A program made the translations under genes and the position numbers. Below, one piece after another: positions 52,031 to 64,000 of a stretch of DNA of 64,000 nucleotides. The DNA lies in NCBI GenBank assembly GCA_003971905.1, contig RSEE01000055.1, positions 372,001 through 436,000 of the forward strand. The letters are read 5' to 3'. Every line of letters starts with the position of its first letter. Positions within the stretch are counted from its first letter, which is position 1. The DNA comes from Moniliella sp. 'wahieum' (taxonomy: Eukaryota). The notes under the pieces are model-generated. The model searched no databases and was not told the DNA's origin. It saw only the letters and a program-made list of their open reading frames with translations.

Positions 52031-52303
52031 ATGACTCGCGCACCACCTCGTTCGGTCTGCGCCACATCAAGGCGCACACGCTGTGCCGTCGTTGCGGTAA
52101 GCGCTCCTTCCACAAGCAGCACAAGGAGTGCGCCTCGTGCGGCTACCCTTCGACCCTTCGCCAAGACCCGTTCGTACCAGTGGGGCCAGAAGGCCATCCG
52201 TCGCCGCACCACCGGCACGGGCCGCATGCGCTACCTCAAGACGGTCCCGCGCAAGGCCAAGAACGGCTTCCGTACCGGCGCGCCTAAGGCGGCTTCGGCT
52301 TAA
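52031..52303 (+). CDS. RPL37: 60S ribosomal protein eL37
   Basis: [36 protein letters not shown]...[24 protein letters not shown]. Probable 5'UTR intron 51854-52028. Small indels. Confidence 0.95.
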   Translation: MTRAPPRSVCATSRRTRCAVVAVSAPSTSSTRSAPRAATLRPFAKTRSYQWGQKAIRRRTTGTGRMRYLKTVPRKAKNGFRTGAPKAASA

Positions 52304-52913
52304 GCCGCTTTGCAGCCGAGTGCTCAGGAGGGAACCTGCGTTGCGTAGCACACATATGTCTGCTGCTTCTTCTCTTCCCCCCCCTATGCTTCGCCCCCCC
52401 CACCAAAAAGGCACAGCGGGAGATGCGCTGTGGACTGCATGCTTATGGTGTCTGCATGTGGGAACTGCTCGTGGGTTGGTGCAGTAGCTGTGTGAGAGCG
52501 AGTTGCAGTGGAGGAGCGGGACAGAGACTGGGGATGCGTTGTTGCCGTCAGATCTGATCTGGATGCGCTGCGCCAGGGGCAGAGGCTACAGAGGCTGCGG
52601 GTAGTGGAGCGATGGATTGAGCGCGGGATGGAGGAACCCAATAGGGACAGGCGCCCATTCAACTCCAGGAGTCCAAATTGATCTTTGACTAGGGGTATGG
52701 AACAGAATCGAGTGGCCTAGGCAGCTCGAATGGTTCCCGACGGCGGGCACGAGGCCAGCGCGCCACTCGTGAGGTGAATATTTCACAGGTGTTACATCAG
52801 CAGTGGGATCCTTGCAATTTCAGATTGGGCTGCCACTTTTTTTTTGTTTTTTCTGTCGCTGCTCTCGCCTGGGCGAGAGACGCTGCTCCCCAACCGACCC
52901 GCCGCCGCCTGCC

Positions 52914-55900
52914 ATGTCCAAGGCGCTCGACTTCTCGGGCTCGACGGCCTCACCCCCGCCCGCACCTCCGCACCCATCCTCGCAGACCCCGACGACGATG
53001 CCGCTGCCGACATGACTGCCGCCCTCATGGGCAGCAGCAAGCCCACCCCCCCCGCCGCCACGCCGACAACGACGACAACGACGACGACGATGCCCAGCAG
53101 ATCGAGCGCGCCCAGGCCAAGGCCATCCGCGACTCTACCCGCCAGGCCAAGCGCAATGCCCCTGGCTCCGGCGGCCCTTTTCAAAAAGGGTGGTGGCTTC
53201 CAGAGCATGGGGCTTGCCCCCTGGCTCCTGCGCGCCATTCTCCTCCGCAACTTCCACCTCCCACGCCCATCCACGCGCCGCCATCCCTTCCATCCTTGCC
53301 CAGCCCGCACGCGACGTCGTGGCCATGGCCCGAACCGGATCCGGTAAAACCCTGGCGTATGTCATTCCCTTGCTCCAGCTCCTGGGTGGCCGCCACCGCT
53401 CCGCCTATGGCGCCCGTGCGTTGGTCATCGTGCCATCGCGTGAGTTGGCGATGCAGGTGCTGCGGGTGGCCAAGGACCTTGGCCGTGGTCGCAAGTCCGC
53501 CAGTGGAGAGGACGATGCGGCGGAGCAGCTCCGATTTTGTCTGCTCACCGGTGGTGACTCGCTCGAAGACGACTTTGCCAAGCTGGCGGCAAATCCCGAT
53601 GTGATTATTGCCACGCCGGGTCGTTTGCTTCACGTGGTCGTCGAGGCGGATGTGGCGTTGAGCTCGGTACAGTATGCCGTCTTTGACGAGGCCGACCGAC
53701 TGTTCGAGCTGGGCTTGGCCGAACAACTGGACGAGATCATTGCCCGTCTTCCGCCCACACGTCAAACGGTACTCTGCTCCGCCACTCTGCCCCGCTCCTC
53801 GTACAGTTTGCCCGGGCGGGCCTGCAAAACAACCCGCGCCTGGTCCGTCTCGATGCGGAAGCCACATTTCGGATGCTCTGCAGATGGCTTTCTTTTCCTC
53901 CTCGCCCGACGCCAAGGAGGCGGTGCTGCTCTGCCTGTTGCGCTACGTGATTGGCGTTCCGCTTGGACGGCAGGACAAGAAAAGTACCCCGTTTGCCACC
54001 GGTGCCAACGCACCTGACAAAGGAGCCAAGAAGACTACTCGTACCTTGGAGCCGTACCAAACCGTCGTATTTTGCGCTACCAAGCACCATGTCGAGTACT
54101 ACCACACCCTGCTCACGGCAGCCGGTTGGGCCACCGGCGCACTCTACTCAAGTCTGGACCAATCCGCTCGGATGAATGAGATGGCCAAGTTCAAGCGGGC
54201 AAGACGTCGATTCTTGTCGTGACCGATGTCGCCGCTCGCGGAATTGACTTGCCCCTCTTGGGCCATGTGGTCAACCTCGACATTCCACCCCAAGCACGCA
54301 CGTTTGTTCATCGCGTTGGCCGTACAGCTCGTGCGGGTGCACAAGGGTGGGCCTACACCATTGTCTCTACTGCCGAACTTGCTTACCTAGCCGACCTGTC
54401 CACCTTTTTGAGCCGCTCCGTCGTTCGTACCCCCTGGGCCCCACCGGCACCTGCCCCCCTGCCCGACGGAAGCGAGCCATGCTCCAGTCCAACCTTGTTC
54501 TCGGCGTCATGACCCCGGACGATGTGGAGAGCGAACAGGCATTCATCACCACCATCCCGCTCCGGGGGAGCAGGTACCGACCTCAGTGGCTTAAAGCGAA
54601 CCGCGGCTAAGGCGCAAAAGATGTACGAACGATCTCGTCCCCAACCCACGCCGGCCGGTTACAAGAAAGCCAAAGCCTGGTCCACCCACGCTCACGATCC
54701 CACCGCCTTGTCTCGTGTGGCCAAGGCGGCTGAAAAGCAAGCTCATTCCGAAGCGCTGGAAGAATTGAGTACGTGCCTTTGCCGCTCGTCGGAGCGCCAT
54801 CGGCCGAAACGGGAGTAACATGGTCTATGCTCGTCCGGAACTGTTCGGACTGGGTCAGACGGCCGAGTTGAAATCATCCACGCGTGTCTGGGGCGCTCCC
54901 ACTCGCCCCCGGTACCAACGTGCAGCGTCCCAGGTAGTTTGGAGGCAGAGGAGGCAGCCGCTCGCGCTTCCTTGCTGGCCAAGTTGTCTGCGTTTACCCC
55001 TTCGGAAACCGTGCTCGAGTCTACCCGCTCTATCGCCAAGGGCGGACCGGATGAGACGACAGTGGAGTTGATGCGCAAGCGCCGCTCGACCTGGGCTCAG
55101 TCCCGGTTGCGCAAGGCGGCCAACGATGCACAGGCTTCAGCCGAAGCAGATGCCGAGCCGAGTTGCAGCCTCTGAAGAAGAGCAAGAAGAGGGGAGAAGT
55201 ATGTGTCGTCGGATCTTGGTCTTGGGACACAAAAGAAGTACTTCAAGATGAGGCCGCACCCGAAGAGATTGAGGAGGTGTTTGGTGCGGCTCGACCGCAC
55301 AAGAAGGCCAAGGTGTCCCGCATGGGCCAGCTGGCTCGTCCGCAGCAAGGTGCGTACAAGGACCGTCAGCCTACCTCACCTATACCCCGCGTGGGGACAA
55401 GACCGATTCCGCCGGCATGTTTGTCGCGGAAGCGAATGAGTTGGCAGAGGATGCAATGAACGATGAGGGTGGACGTGCCAAGGGACAACGTGCTGGCGAC
55501 AGCAACCAGCGTCCCAATGCTCGACGGTGGGATACTACCAGCAAAAAGTTTGTCCGTACCGACCAGCGCGGACAGGACAATGCTAAGTTGATCAAGACTG
55601 AATCGGGAACCCGGTTGCCGGCCAGTTACCGTTCCGGACGGTACGATGCTTGGGCCAAGCACAACCGTATGAACATTCCCCGTGTGGGCCAGGACGAGCT
55701 GGATCTCAACTCGGTCGGTGCGCCGGACCTACGCGCTTCGCTGGACAAGGCGGCCAACATGAAGGGCGCCCCGGGCGGCAAGTGCATGAAGCACACCAAG
55801 CTCACCCACCCCAAAACCCGTTCAAGCGACAACACTGGAACCCGGCTGCACGGCAGGACCAACCGTCCGACCGTAAGGGCCCAACCAAGACGTTTGCCAA

Positions 55901-56066
55901 GGGCAAAAAGAAGGTCCTGCCCAACTCGGGCACTCGTACCGCCAGCGGAGGCCGGAACGAGATCAAGTCCGCCCAGGACATTTACAAGCAGCGCACCATC
56001 ATGGCTCAGCGCAAGGCCAAGAATGCCCGCAAGCCGACCAGCGGCAAGGGCAAAGGTCGGCGTTAG
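52914..56066 (+). CDS. DBP10: ATP-dependent DEAD-box RNA helicase Dbp10
   Basis: [65 protein letters not shown], and DBP10CT-like [10 protein letters not shown]...[23 protein letters not shown]. Many frameshifts. Confidence 0.93.
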
Positions 56067-56619
56067 CATGGGGTGCGGATGAGGGTGTGAGTGGTACTGC
56101 TATATGGTTCGGTTGCCCTATATCTCCTTCTTGCTTGTTTGTATAGCCGCCGCACCGTATGCAACTAGTACATAGTAGCCATGCGAGACTGCGCATCCAC
56201 AAACCCGAAGGCCACATCGATTGGTCCTGTAGTCCCTCCTACCACCGGTTTGCATGAGTGCATGAGATCGGACCGTCCAACATGTGATGAATGTCAGGTT
56301 TCTGTAAGCACGCTCTGCTTCGCTCTCATTCGGCCTTGTACACCGGTCATGGCGGGTGGAGCGGTGGTCAAGTCGGAGATGTCAAACACGTCGATGTTGC
56401 GCAGGCTACTTAGTGCGCTCGGCCATTAATCAGTAGTCCATACTCCACGTCCTATTATCTGTGCACCGACAATCTCCTTTTCCGTTCACTAATTCATTCG
56501 GCACCCATTGCATGCCAATTCACAAGAATGGAAAAGAGGTGAGAAGAGTCCGTTGAACGCACAGCAGTGACTACTGCACCACACTGCACCTCTCCCGACA
56601 CACAACATGACACGAGCAA

Positions 56620-58073
56620 CTAGACTGTCAAGGATGTACGTAGTTTGAGGCGAGCACTCATACGGGACAACATGCCGTCGAGCCCAACGTTGGCGTCCGT
56701 GCCGTACCCGCCCGTCATGGGCTTGCGTTCGGGCAAGTCGACTTCTTCGTAGTAGTAGGCCTTCTTGGAGTGACCCATGCGCCACGTCTTGAGCATCCGC
56801 ACCAACTCATTCAAACTCTTGCTGGCTTGGGGAAAGGGGGCGGCGAGCGCACGCAAGTTGGCATCGTACCCAGCCCAAACAAACGCTCGTTGCGCACCAG
56901 ACAGGTGGGTGGGACGAACAGGATTGGGGATACCCAAGATGGAATCCAACGCTCGTACCATAAACGCTTGGTTGCCCGATACACCCTCGCACCCGTCCCA
57001 CCCCCACCCGTAAAACCCTTGCACGTACCGCGCCACACATCCTTCTTGACCACATCCGGCTTGAGGTTCTTGTAAAAGTAGCCAAACGCAGCCTTGACTG
57101 CGGCCACCCCTTCTTCCAGCGCAACACTGTCTTGCCCTGCTTCCAACTCGGATGCAAAGCGGGCAAGACAAGCGTACAACGGATGGGCAATACCTTCCAT
57201 GATAACAAACAACTTGGCCGTCCAGTGCTCGGCATCTTGCGAAGCTTGGTCAAACTGATAAGGCAAAGCGTATATACTTGGTAATATACCAACCCATCCA
57301 CTTCCTTTTCTATTCAGAGTGCGTCACGACTCTGAAGAGATCATCACCATATACGTACGTTCTTGGTCACCAGATACTCCAGTCGGTCCTCAGCATGATT
57401 CCAGTTGTTGTAATACGTTGTGGTCACCGTCCCCCCCGTCGTGTGAAGTCCCAGACGGGAGTTGAGGTACAACATTGAGACCAACAGGGTATCGGGCAAA
57501 GAAGAGTGTGTATCATCTTGCGCAGCTGTAAGAGTTGGGATGGTGCCCCATCTGCTCATGAGACATGCCCGGGTTTCAGTTAGCATTGTAATGCTTTCTC
57601 CTCACACTCTTTCTCTCCTCTTCCCCTCCTGCGTCGCACCTGTCACCCCGGCGGGGCGACACGAGTGAGGCAGACGAGTGCCCAACGGATAAGCGGATTG
57701 GAATCAAGGGATCAAGGGATCATCATCGATCATCCCATCAACGTACCGATAAAGATGAGCCAGGACAGTCACTGTGGCAGAGATACCGAGCAGCTGGTTT
57801 TGGTCGAGGGTCTTGAGAGCGTCCATGGTTGCCTGGGCGGGGGGAAGCCGTTCTTCCACCCACTTCCGATTCGGGGCATAGTCATCGGCACTCAGCTGCG
57901 TCACATCCATCGTCTTGCACAGCACGTTGGGCGCTTCGAGACAGAGCTGGTGCAGGTGCTAAGTGGCCCGGGGGGAACTCATACGAGGGCTGCGGCGGCC
58001 AGCTGCCACCACCTTCAAGGCAGAGTCGCTCGTACGCAGTGGCAAACGCGGCGGAAGCAGGGGGAGCAGTCAT
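56620..58073 (-). CDS. Divergent indoleamine 2,3-dioxygenase-like (IDO/PrnB fold) protein
   Basis: ATG at 58073. VLAHLYR|WGTIP across intron 57552-57746; YYNNW; second intron ~57255-57358; FVIMEG; WRGYVQGFYGWG..GVSGNQ; RMLKTWRMGH (candidate haem-ligand His); MTGG. Family call is from motif resemblance only. Confidence 0.55.
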
Positions 58074-60338
58074 GATCCTGGCAGGCAGGCGAGAGCAGAG
58101 GAGGGGAGGAGAAAGATGAAGAACGAAGAGGGGGGGGTGGCCTTGGTTTCGGTCGAGGGAGGTGGAAGGGGTTGAGGCAGATGATAAAAGTCGTATCCAA
58201 ATGAATAATCTTCGTCCGTATTTATCTGGTTCAGATAATCGAGTGGGATGCTGTACATGATACGGAGGATACACAGGACTCGCAGAGGAGAACATGCGGC
58301 GCTCCACAACTATAATGCTCGTACTATACCTGTGCACCGTGTAGTACAAGGGGTGCTGAGGCCGACCGGGTCACGCAGCTATCGCCATCAAGCTTGAGAC
58401 TTAGAGGCCTCACCTCTCCCTCAGCTCTCAAGCTAGGCCTTGGGGGAGACAGGGTGGCAGAGGATCGATGGTGGCCCGAGCGACGGTGGATGTGCGGGTA
58501 ATTTTGGGCGGTTACGATAATTCGATAACCGGTTTTATTGCTGTTCGCCCTTCAAAGTTGAAATTTCACCGGGACGCCTTGACCTGGGACCCTGGGACCC
58601 CACGAGGCCGTGTAGACTGCAGATCGTGCTCAAAAGTCTTCCGTCCTGGTCCTTTTCGGATCCATCCTAAGAAGAAGCTTAAATGCGACCGTAAGCTTTA
58701 GCTTAACCACGGTTGGAAAGTGTTCATATAGCCGAAGAGTCTCCTTGTAGAGATTTGGTTCCTGTCGGTCTCGTTTCCCTGTCTACCACACATATTGCGC
58801 TCAAAATATCCTTCGGCCGGACACATTGTCAGCTGACAGTACTATTGTTGTATACAGTACGGGAGCGAATGAGCCCCTGGTTCTTTTCCCCCATCGACGT
58901 TCTAAGTGTCATTACGCAGAGATAGGAGCCTGGTCGGACCCATATTGCGGGAAAGTGAAGAGAAATAAGAAGAGGAACTTTTTTGGTTGGTCGATGATGA
59001 CCTGATGTTATTCTGCTGGAGACACACCAGTACATTTTGGCTTTCTATAGAGTCAAGTGGGTGGGCGTAAGCCATGGTTAGCAAACGCAGTATGTGTGCG
59101 AAGTTTTGAGGACAGGGTGTTGTGGGTGTGGAGCTGGTATAGCATCCATTCCCTCTCTTAGCTTAATTGAGCTCAAGGTGGTTGACGCGTTGACCCCTGC
59201 TACTCTTGTATGAGTTCAAATCCATCTGCAGACGAAGACTCAGTGTTCGGCGAGTTGGATCACCCCCACCAACCTGCCGAGCGCGGCTGCATGACCTGCA
59301 TGACTGGGCATAGCCAGGACCTGGGGTGATCACCTCTTATCGAAAACCGGATTATATCCCCCCCGCGTTATCGATATCTCGACGGGGGCGGCACTTTATC
59401 AACTCGGTGGGGTAAATTCAGTCATTTCGTACAACAAGCACTTATCTCAATGCCAACATATGCCCCAAGTCAATCTATGGGCTACCCGCTGCCCTCCCTG
59501 TGGTGCCCTGCGACATTTGTGACAACGGGGAATATCACATCTGACCGATACCCACCCACACACATAGAGCCGCGTATCGCGGTTCAGACGTTGCCGTACC
59601 AGCCACTTAATTAGCTTAATTGGACGTTCCGATATATCGAGAGAGCGCCAAAAAGCGTCTCATCTCGGTCGGGGTCTGTGGGGAGGGGATGCCGAATGTA
59701 CCATCTCGTAGCTTGCAGATACGAGTGCGGATGTGGGGGCAGGAGCAGGCCCAGTTCGCCGCCTCTGTTCGGGAGGCGAATGTATGTCCACTCTTTTCTG
59801 GGGAGCGTGCTGAACGCTGGTGGAGAGAAGAGCGTGGATTTTGTTTTTGGTGTTCCTGCTGCTGCGTGCCATCCACAGATACTCCTCTGCAATTACGTCA
59901 TCAGTCGCCACGCATCACACCTCGGTCACCCATCACATGTCACATGTCACATGCGGTGCCACTTGTTCGCTCGCTGGCTGTAACGCCAGGGGCCACGCGG
60001 GCGCTGCAGAGCACGCATCATCCATCCCGCCCCATCATTTGCGAGCGAGCAGCGAGCGAGACGAGGGCGGCGTATATACTGGCCGTCTCGCCCCAGTGCC
60101 CAACGAGCGACCGAGCAAGCGACCCGTCCCCTCCACCGGGGAGCATCGCGCGAGCAAGCAGCCGCCGCCGCCACCGTCTTGCCCCCCATGCTGAACCAGT
60201 CCAGAAGGGACACTACAGCTATATAATAGCTCGGTCCGGTTGTTCTTGGTATCCCTCGCTCAGTGCGATCCGTCTCCGTTTGTTCTTCTCGCACCCTCAC
60301 TATTCTCCCCCCACTTCTTCCCCATCCACATCCGCACT

Positions 60339-62816
60339 ATGGCCGGTGCTGAACTCGGCTACGACGAAGGGTCCTACGACGCCTACACCGCCCAGCCCAG
60401 CACATTCCCTACCGCGACAGTCAGCAGCTCCAGTTTGGTACTGCCTCCTCATTCTACTCGAGCTCCACCGCTGGCCCTGACGACGCTACTCAGGCTACCC
60501 ACAAACGCACCGCTTGGGGCAGCACCGATGCCCATGACCAGGATTTTGGTCCGTCACCCTTTACCCGCGCGGGGTCGGGCAGCTACCGTTCGGCAGCTGC
60601 TCTTGGCTCGGCTCCCTGGGTCGGAGGACCCGCTGGCGCATCACCAGGTGTAGGTGTGCCTGCCAACAGCCACGCGCGCTGGCCTCTGCGGCAGCACAAG
60701 GTGCGAGGACACCGGTAGGAGTCAAGTCGTCGCCAAGTGCAACTACGACCGCAGTGGGAGCCTCGTCGTCCTCTTCGCCCGATGTGGCCTCGCGGTTCGG
60801 CCTGTTGGATCCCAATGCGCATCAACTTTCAGGATTGTATTACAGCGAGATGGATGATTTGGACGACGACCTGCACCGCATTGGCCCCGACGACCTTGCC
60901 CACCGCAACAAGAATTCCGGTGGGATCAGCAAACGGGGGCTGTTGAACTTGAGTACCTTGGCCATCCTCATTCTTGCGTTGCTCATGTTGTTTGCTGGGT
61001 ACCCTATCTTGACTGCCATGCGCGACAAGCACGATCAACTGGGTGGGTATGGACCAGGAGGAACTAATGGTTCTGGCCAAGTCTCCAGTATTCCGGGTTC
61101 GCACCACCCTCATCGACCCGGATACGCCACAGGATGCCTACACGCGCAAATCGGGCGTCGACCAAAGTACCATGAACCTAGTCTTTTCCGACGAGTTTGA
61201 AAAGCCCGGTCGGAGCTTTTATCCCGGTGATGAGTATGTCCATATGTCCTTTTCCTCCCAGGTTTTTTCCCTGTATATATACCTGTGGACCGATCTGCCC
61301 GTCAAGGTAGTGATATTATATGAAGTTACTGACCCCCCCCCTCCTCCCCTGCTGCTATGTGCCCCCCTCAGCCCCTTTTGGGAAGCTGTCGATCTACACT
61401 ACTGGGCCACTAACAATTACGAATGGTACGACCCTGCGGCAGTCACGACCGCCAATGGTGCGTTGCGACTTACCATCAGCCAACACCCCGAGCACAACCT
61501 CAACTTTCGTGGGGGCATGGTCCAGTCCTGGAATAAGTTTTGCTTTACGGGCGGTGTACTGGTGGCCAGTGTACGGTTGCCAGGGAAAGCCAAAGCTTCA
61601 GGTTTGTGGCCGGCTATCTGGTTGATGGGCAACTTGGGCCGCGCAGGGTACGGTGCTACCCTAGAAGGAACCTGGCCTTATAGTTACGATGCGTGTGATG
61701 TGGGCACCTTGGCCAACCAAACTGACCCAGCCACCAACTTGCCTGATTCTTCAACTTGGGCAACTGCCCCTTTAACCAAAAACACAGTAGCAAGTCCCTT
61801 TCCTTCCTCCCGGGACAACGCTTGTCGGCGTGCACGTGCCCAGGAGACGATCATCCCGGTCCGCAGTTCCCCAATGGCTCTTACCCGGGACGCATGGCCC
61901 CAGAAATCGACCTGTTTGAGGCCCAGGTCAACCAACAGGAAGGTATGACGGTCAGTCAAAGTTGCCAATTTGCCCCGTACAAGTATGTATCCCCCCCCCC
62001 ATCCCCCCTTTCACCCATGTTGGGTTGTTTCCAAATGTCCCACTATTAGGAGAAGAGAGCTGACCGATCGGGGGCTATGTGATCTTCCATCATTAATCGT
62101 TCCGCAGCGCATACTATCGTCCCACTGCCAAACCCATGTTGCTCGACAAACGTACCATTGTCAATAGCTACACGGGCGAGCTTACGCAACAAAGCATGTC
62201 GGGCGTCACCCCCACCAACCAACAGGGCATGCAGTACCTCCAGGACAACTCGACGGGAATCTTTACCGAATACGCCGTCGAGTACCAACCGGGTCAAGGG
62301 GGTACGTACAATGGTGGGCGAGCGGTACGCCTGCCTGGCGGTTAACTGCGGACGAGTTAGCGGCCGACCCAGTGTCGAAAATTTCCTCCCGCCCCGTCCC
62401 GCCCGAACCACTGTACATTCTCGCCAACGTGGGCATCTCGCAAAACTTTGGCACTCCGTCTTGGCAGCAACTCATTTGGCCTTCGGCCATGGAGTTGGAT
62501 TGGATTCGTGTCTACCAGCCACAAGGTAAGACCAACGTCGGTTGCGACCCTCCGGATTACCCTACCGCAGCCTACATTGCTCGCCATCAAGAAGCCTACA
62601 CCAATCCCAATTATACCCTCTGGGGAGGGGGGCTACGGCGCCGTCTGGCCCCGCAACCGTTTGAACCCAGATGGTTGTAATGCCGTTCCATCTAAAAACC
62701 CTGGAAGTCCCACCAAGCCCATGCCCAAGGCTAAAAGTTTCCCTTCCCACGCCATTGGCAACAACCAGCAACAGTGCCAGATCAATTCGTGGAATGACGG
62801 ACAGCAGCAGAATTGA
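60339..62816 (+). CDS. KRE6: Beta-1,6-glucan synthesis-associated protein, Kre6/Skn1 family (GH16, type II membrane)
   Basis: DDDLH, TM segment RGLLNLSTLAILILALLMLFAGYPI, LIDPDTP, LVFSDEF, FWEAVDLHYWAT, GGMVQSWNKFCFTGG, GLWPAIWLMGNLGRAGYGA, RLSACTC, APEIDLFE, DWIRVYQ, CDPPDYPT. Introns 61234-61371 and 61983-62107. Confidence 0.93.
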
Positions 62817-63601
62817 GCGGTTGCAAGGAAAGTGGGAGCTCGATTTTGTATGTGCGAAAAAAAGATTTTATCCACTCACCTTTTCCCCAATTCTCTTCCT
62901 GTCCCTGTCCCTGTCTCTCTGTCTCTCTCGGCCTCTCTCTATCCCTCTTCCCACTCACTGTATCTGTCCCTTGGACTCTCACACGTAATTTTCCTCACTC
63001 CCCCCCTTTCCCTCCCGTTTTTATCCCTCACTCTCTCTTCATTTCTCTCCCCCCCTGCCCTATTTCTCCACGGTGTGACCCCCGTGACCTTGGACCCGTC
63101 TTTTGCTCTGTATCTAAGAGCGCAGCTCGAGCGAGACAGCCACAGTAAACACCCACAGTTAGGTATAGCCAGTGGCCAGTGACTAGTGGCTGCGCGCGAC
63201 CCGCATACAGATACTCCTCGCTCTCTCGTCGGTCTCGGTTCGTCCGTTTGGGGAGAAGCACAATCGCGTTATTTGTTGGCAGGAATCCGAAGGGCCCCAA
63301 ACGGAGGAACTGAGCGAAAGGATGATCGATGAAGAGCAAAACAATGAATCCGCGCGGGAGCTCATTATTCGGTGTACACAGAGGTGAGTAGCGGGGAACC
63401 TTGGAAACGTTTGGAGAACGTAGGACCTCGCCTGGAGGCGAGACTACTGAGGCTCTTGGGGGCGCGGGACGGACACGGTTAAGGAGGGTTACGAGTAACT
63501 TATTTAGGGTGATATAAAGAGACGTAGAAGCGCAAGTGGTTCAGATTATTGATTTTCTTTTACCTCAACACTCCAAATAATGTGGGCAGTTTAGTTAAGC
63601 C

Positions 63602-63686
63602 GGGCGGATAGCTCAGTTGGTAGAGCGCACGCTTCGCATCGTTCTGTGTATTTGTGAGGTCTGGGGTTCGATTCCCTATTCGTCCA
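63602..63686 (+). tRNA. tRNA-Ala (CGC) with ~12-nt intron
   Basis: Acceptor stem GGGCGGA/TTCGTCC with the G3:U70 alanine identity pair, D arm GCTCAGTTGGTAGAGC, CACGC-TT-CGC-A, intron ~63639-63650, T arm TGGGG-TTCGATT-CCCTA, then an oligo-T terminator. Confidence 0.92.
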
Positions 63687-64000
63687 TTTCTTTTTTTCTT
63701 GTTTGGGGAACGGACCACTCTTTTAGCCTCGTTGTGCTAACTGGCTACCACTACTACTACTACCCTCTCGTCGTGGCGACCATCGGGGTGGTACATTGCC
63801 CCGAGCGCGCCGGACTCTCGTTCTGTTGTTTTAGAGAAATCTCAACACAGCTATCGATGGACCATATGGACCGGAGAGATAAAAAGGGCGAATAAGAGCG
63901 TAGAAGACGGGGATTACGAAGATCCTGATAAGCACTTGAATCCAAAGCATAGAACTGTGCCCTTCTGATACCTGCCTCGTAGCCGGTGGGGATAGCAGTA

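Noticed and set aside
1583..62816. Frameshifts in nearly every gene read as mass pseudogenisation or programmed frameshifting
   Set aside because: They affect essential genes (ESA1, DBP10, RPL37) whose motifs are otherwise intact, and look like small indels from an unpolished long-read consensus.

Overview
GC-rich eukaryotic DNA from a fungus. Gene content, few short GT-AG introns with CTRAC/CTAAC branch points, and protein sequences point to a basidiomycete yeast or smut (Ustilaginomycotina-like; the taxon is my inference). The consensus carries many small indels, so nearly every gene is split across ORF-track frames and I stitched gene models by eye. Recognisable genes: ADA2, an MP88-like GPI mannoprotein, ESA1, a Zn2Cys6 factor, an HSF-domain factor, an SDR, a BadF/NAGK-like kinase, a dual-specificity phosphatase, succinyl-CoA ligase beta, a secreted Ser-rich repeat protein, a secretory lipase, divergent RPL30/RPL37, DBP10, an IDO-like protein, KRE6/SKN1 and an intron-containing tRNA-Ala(CGC). 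Four observations stand out. (1) Intergenic DNA is built from tandem 7-bp odd palindromes of the form xyT-N-Ay'x', with at least 12 different flank types. (2) A decayed DNA polymerase delta (POL3) copy at about 21.3-24.5 kb that the ORF track barely shows. (3) An array of 74-80-bp units at 23362-23940 that sits where that copy's polymerase motifs A/B should be. (4) A secreted repellent/amyloid-like repeat precursor with candidate Kex2 sites. Protein family calls come from recalled motifs; no database searches were run.
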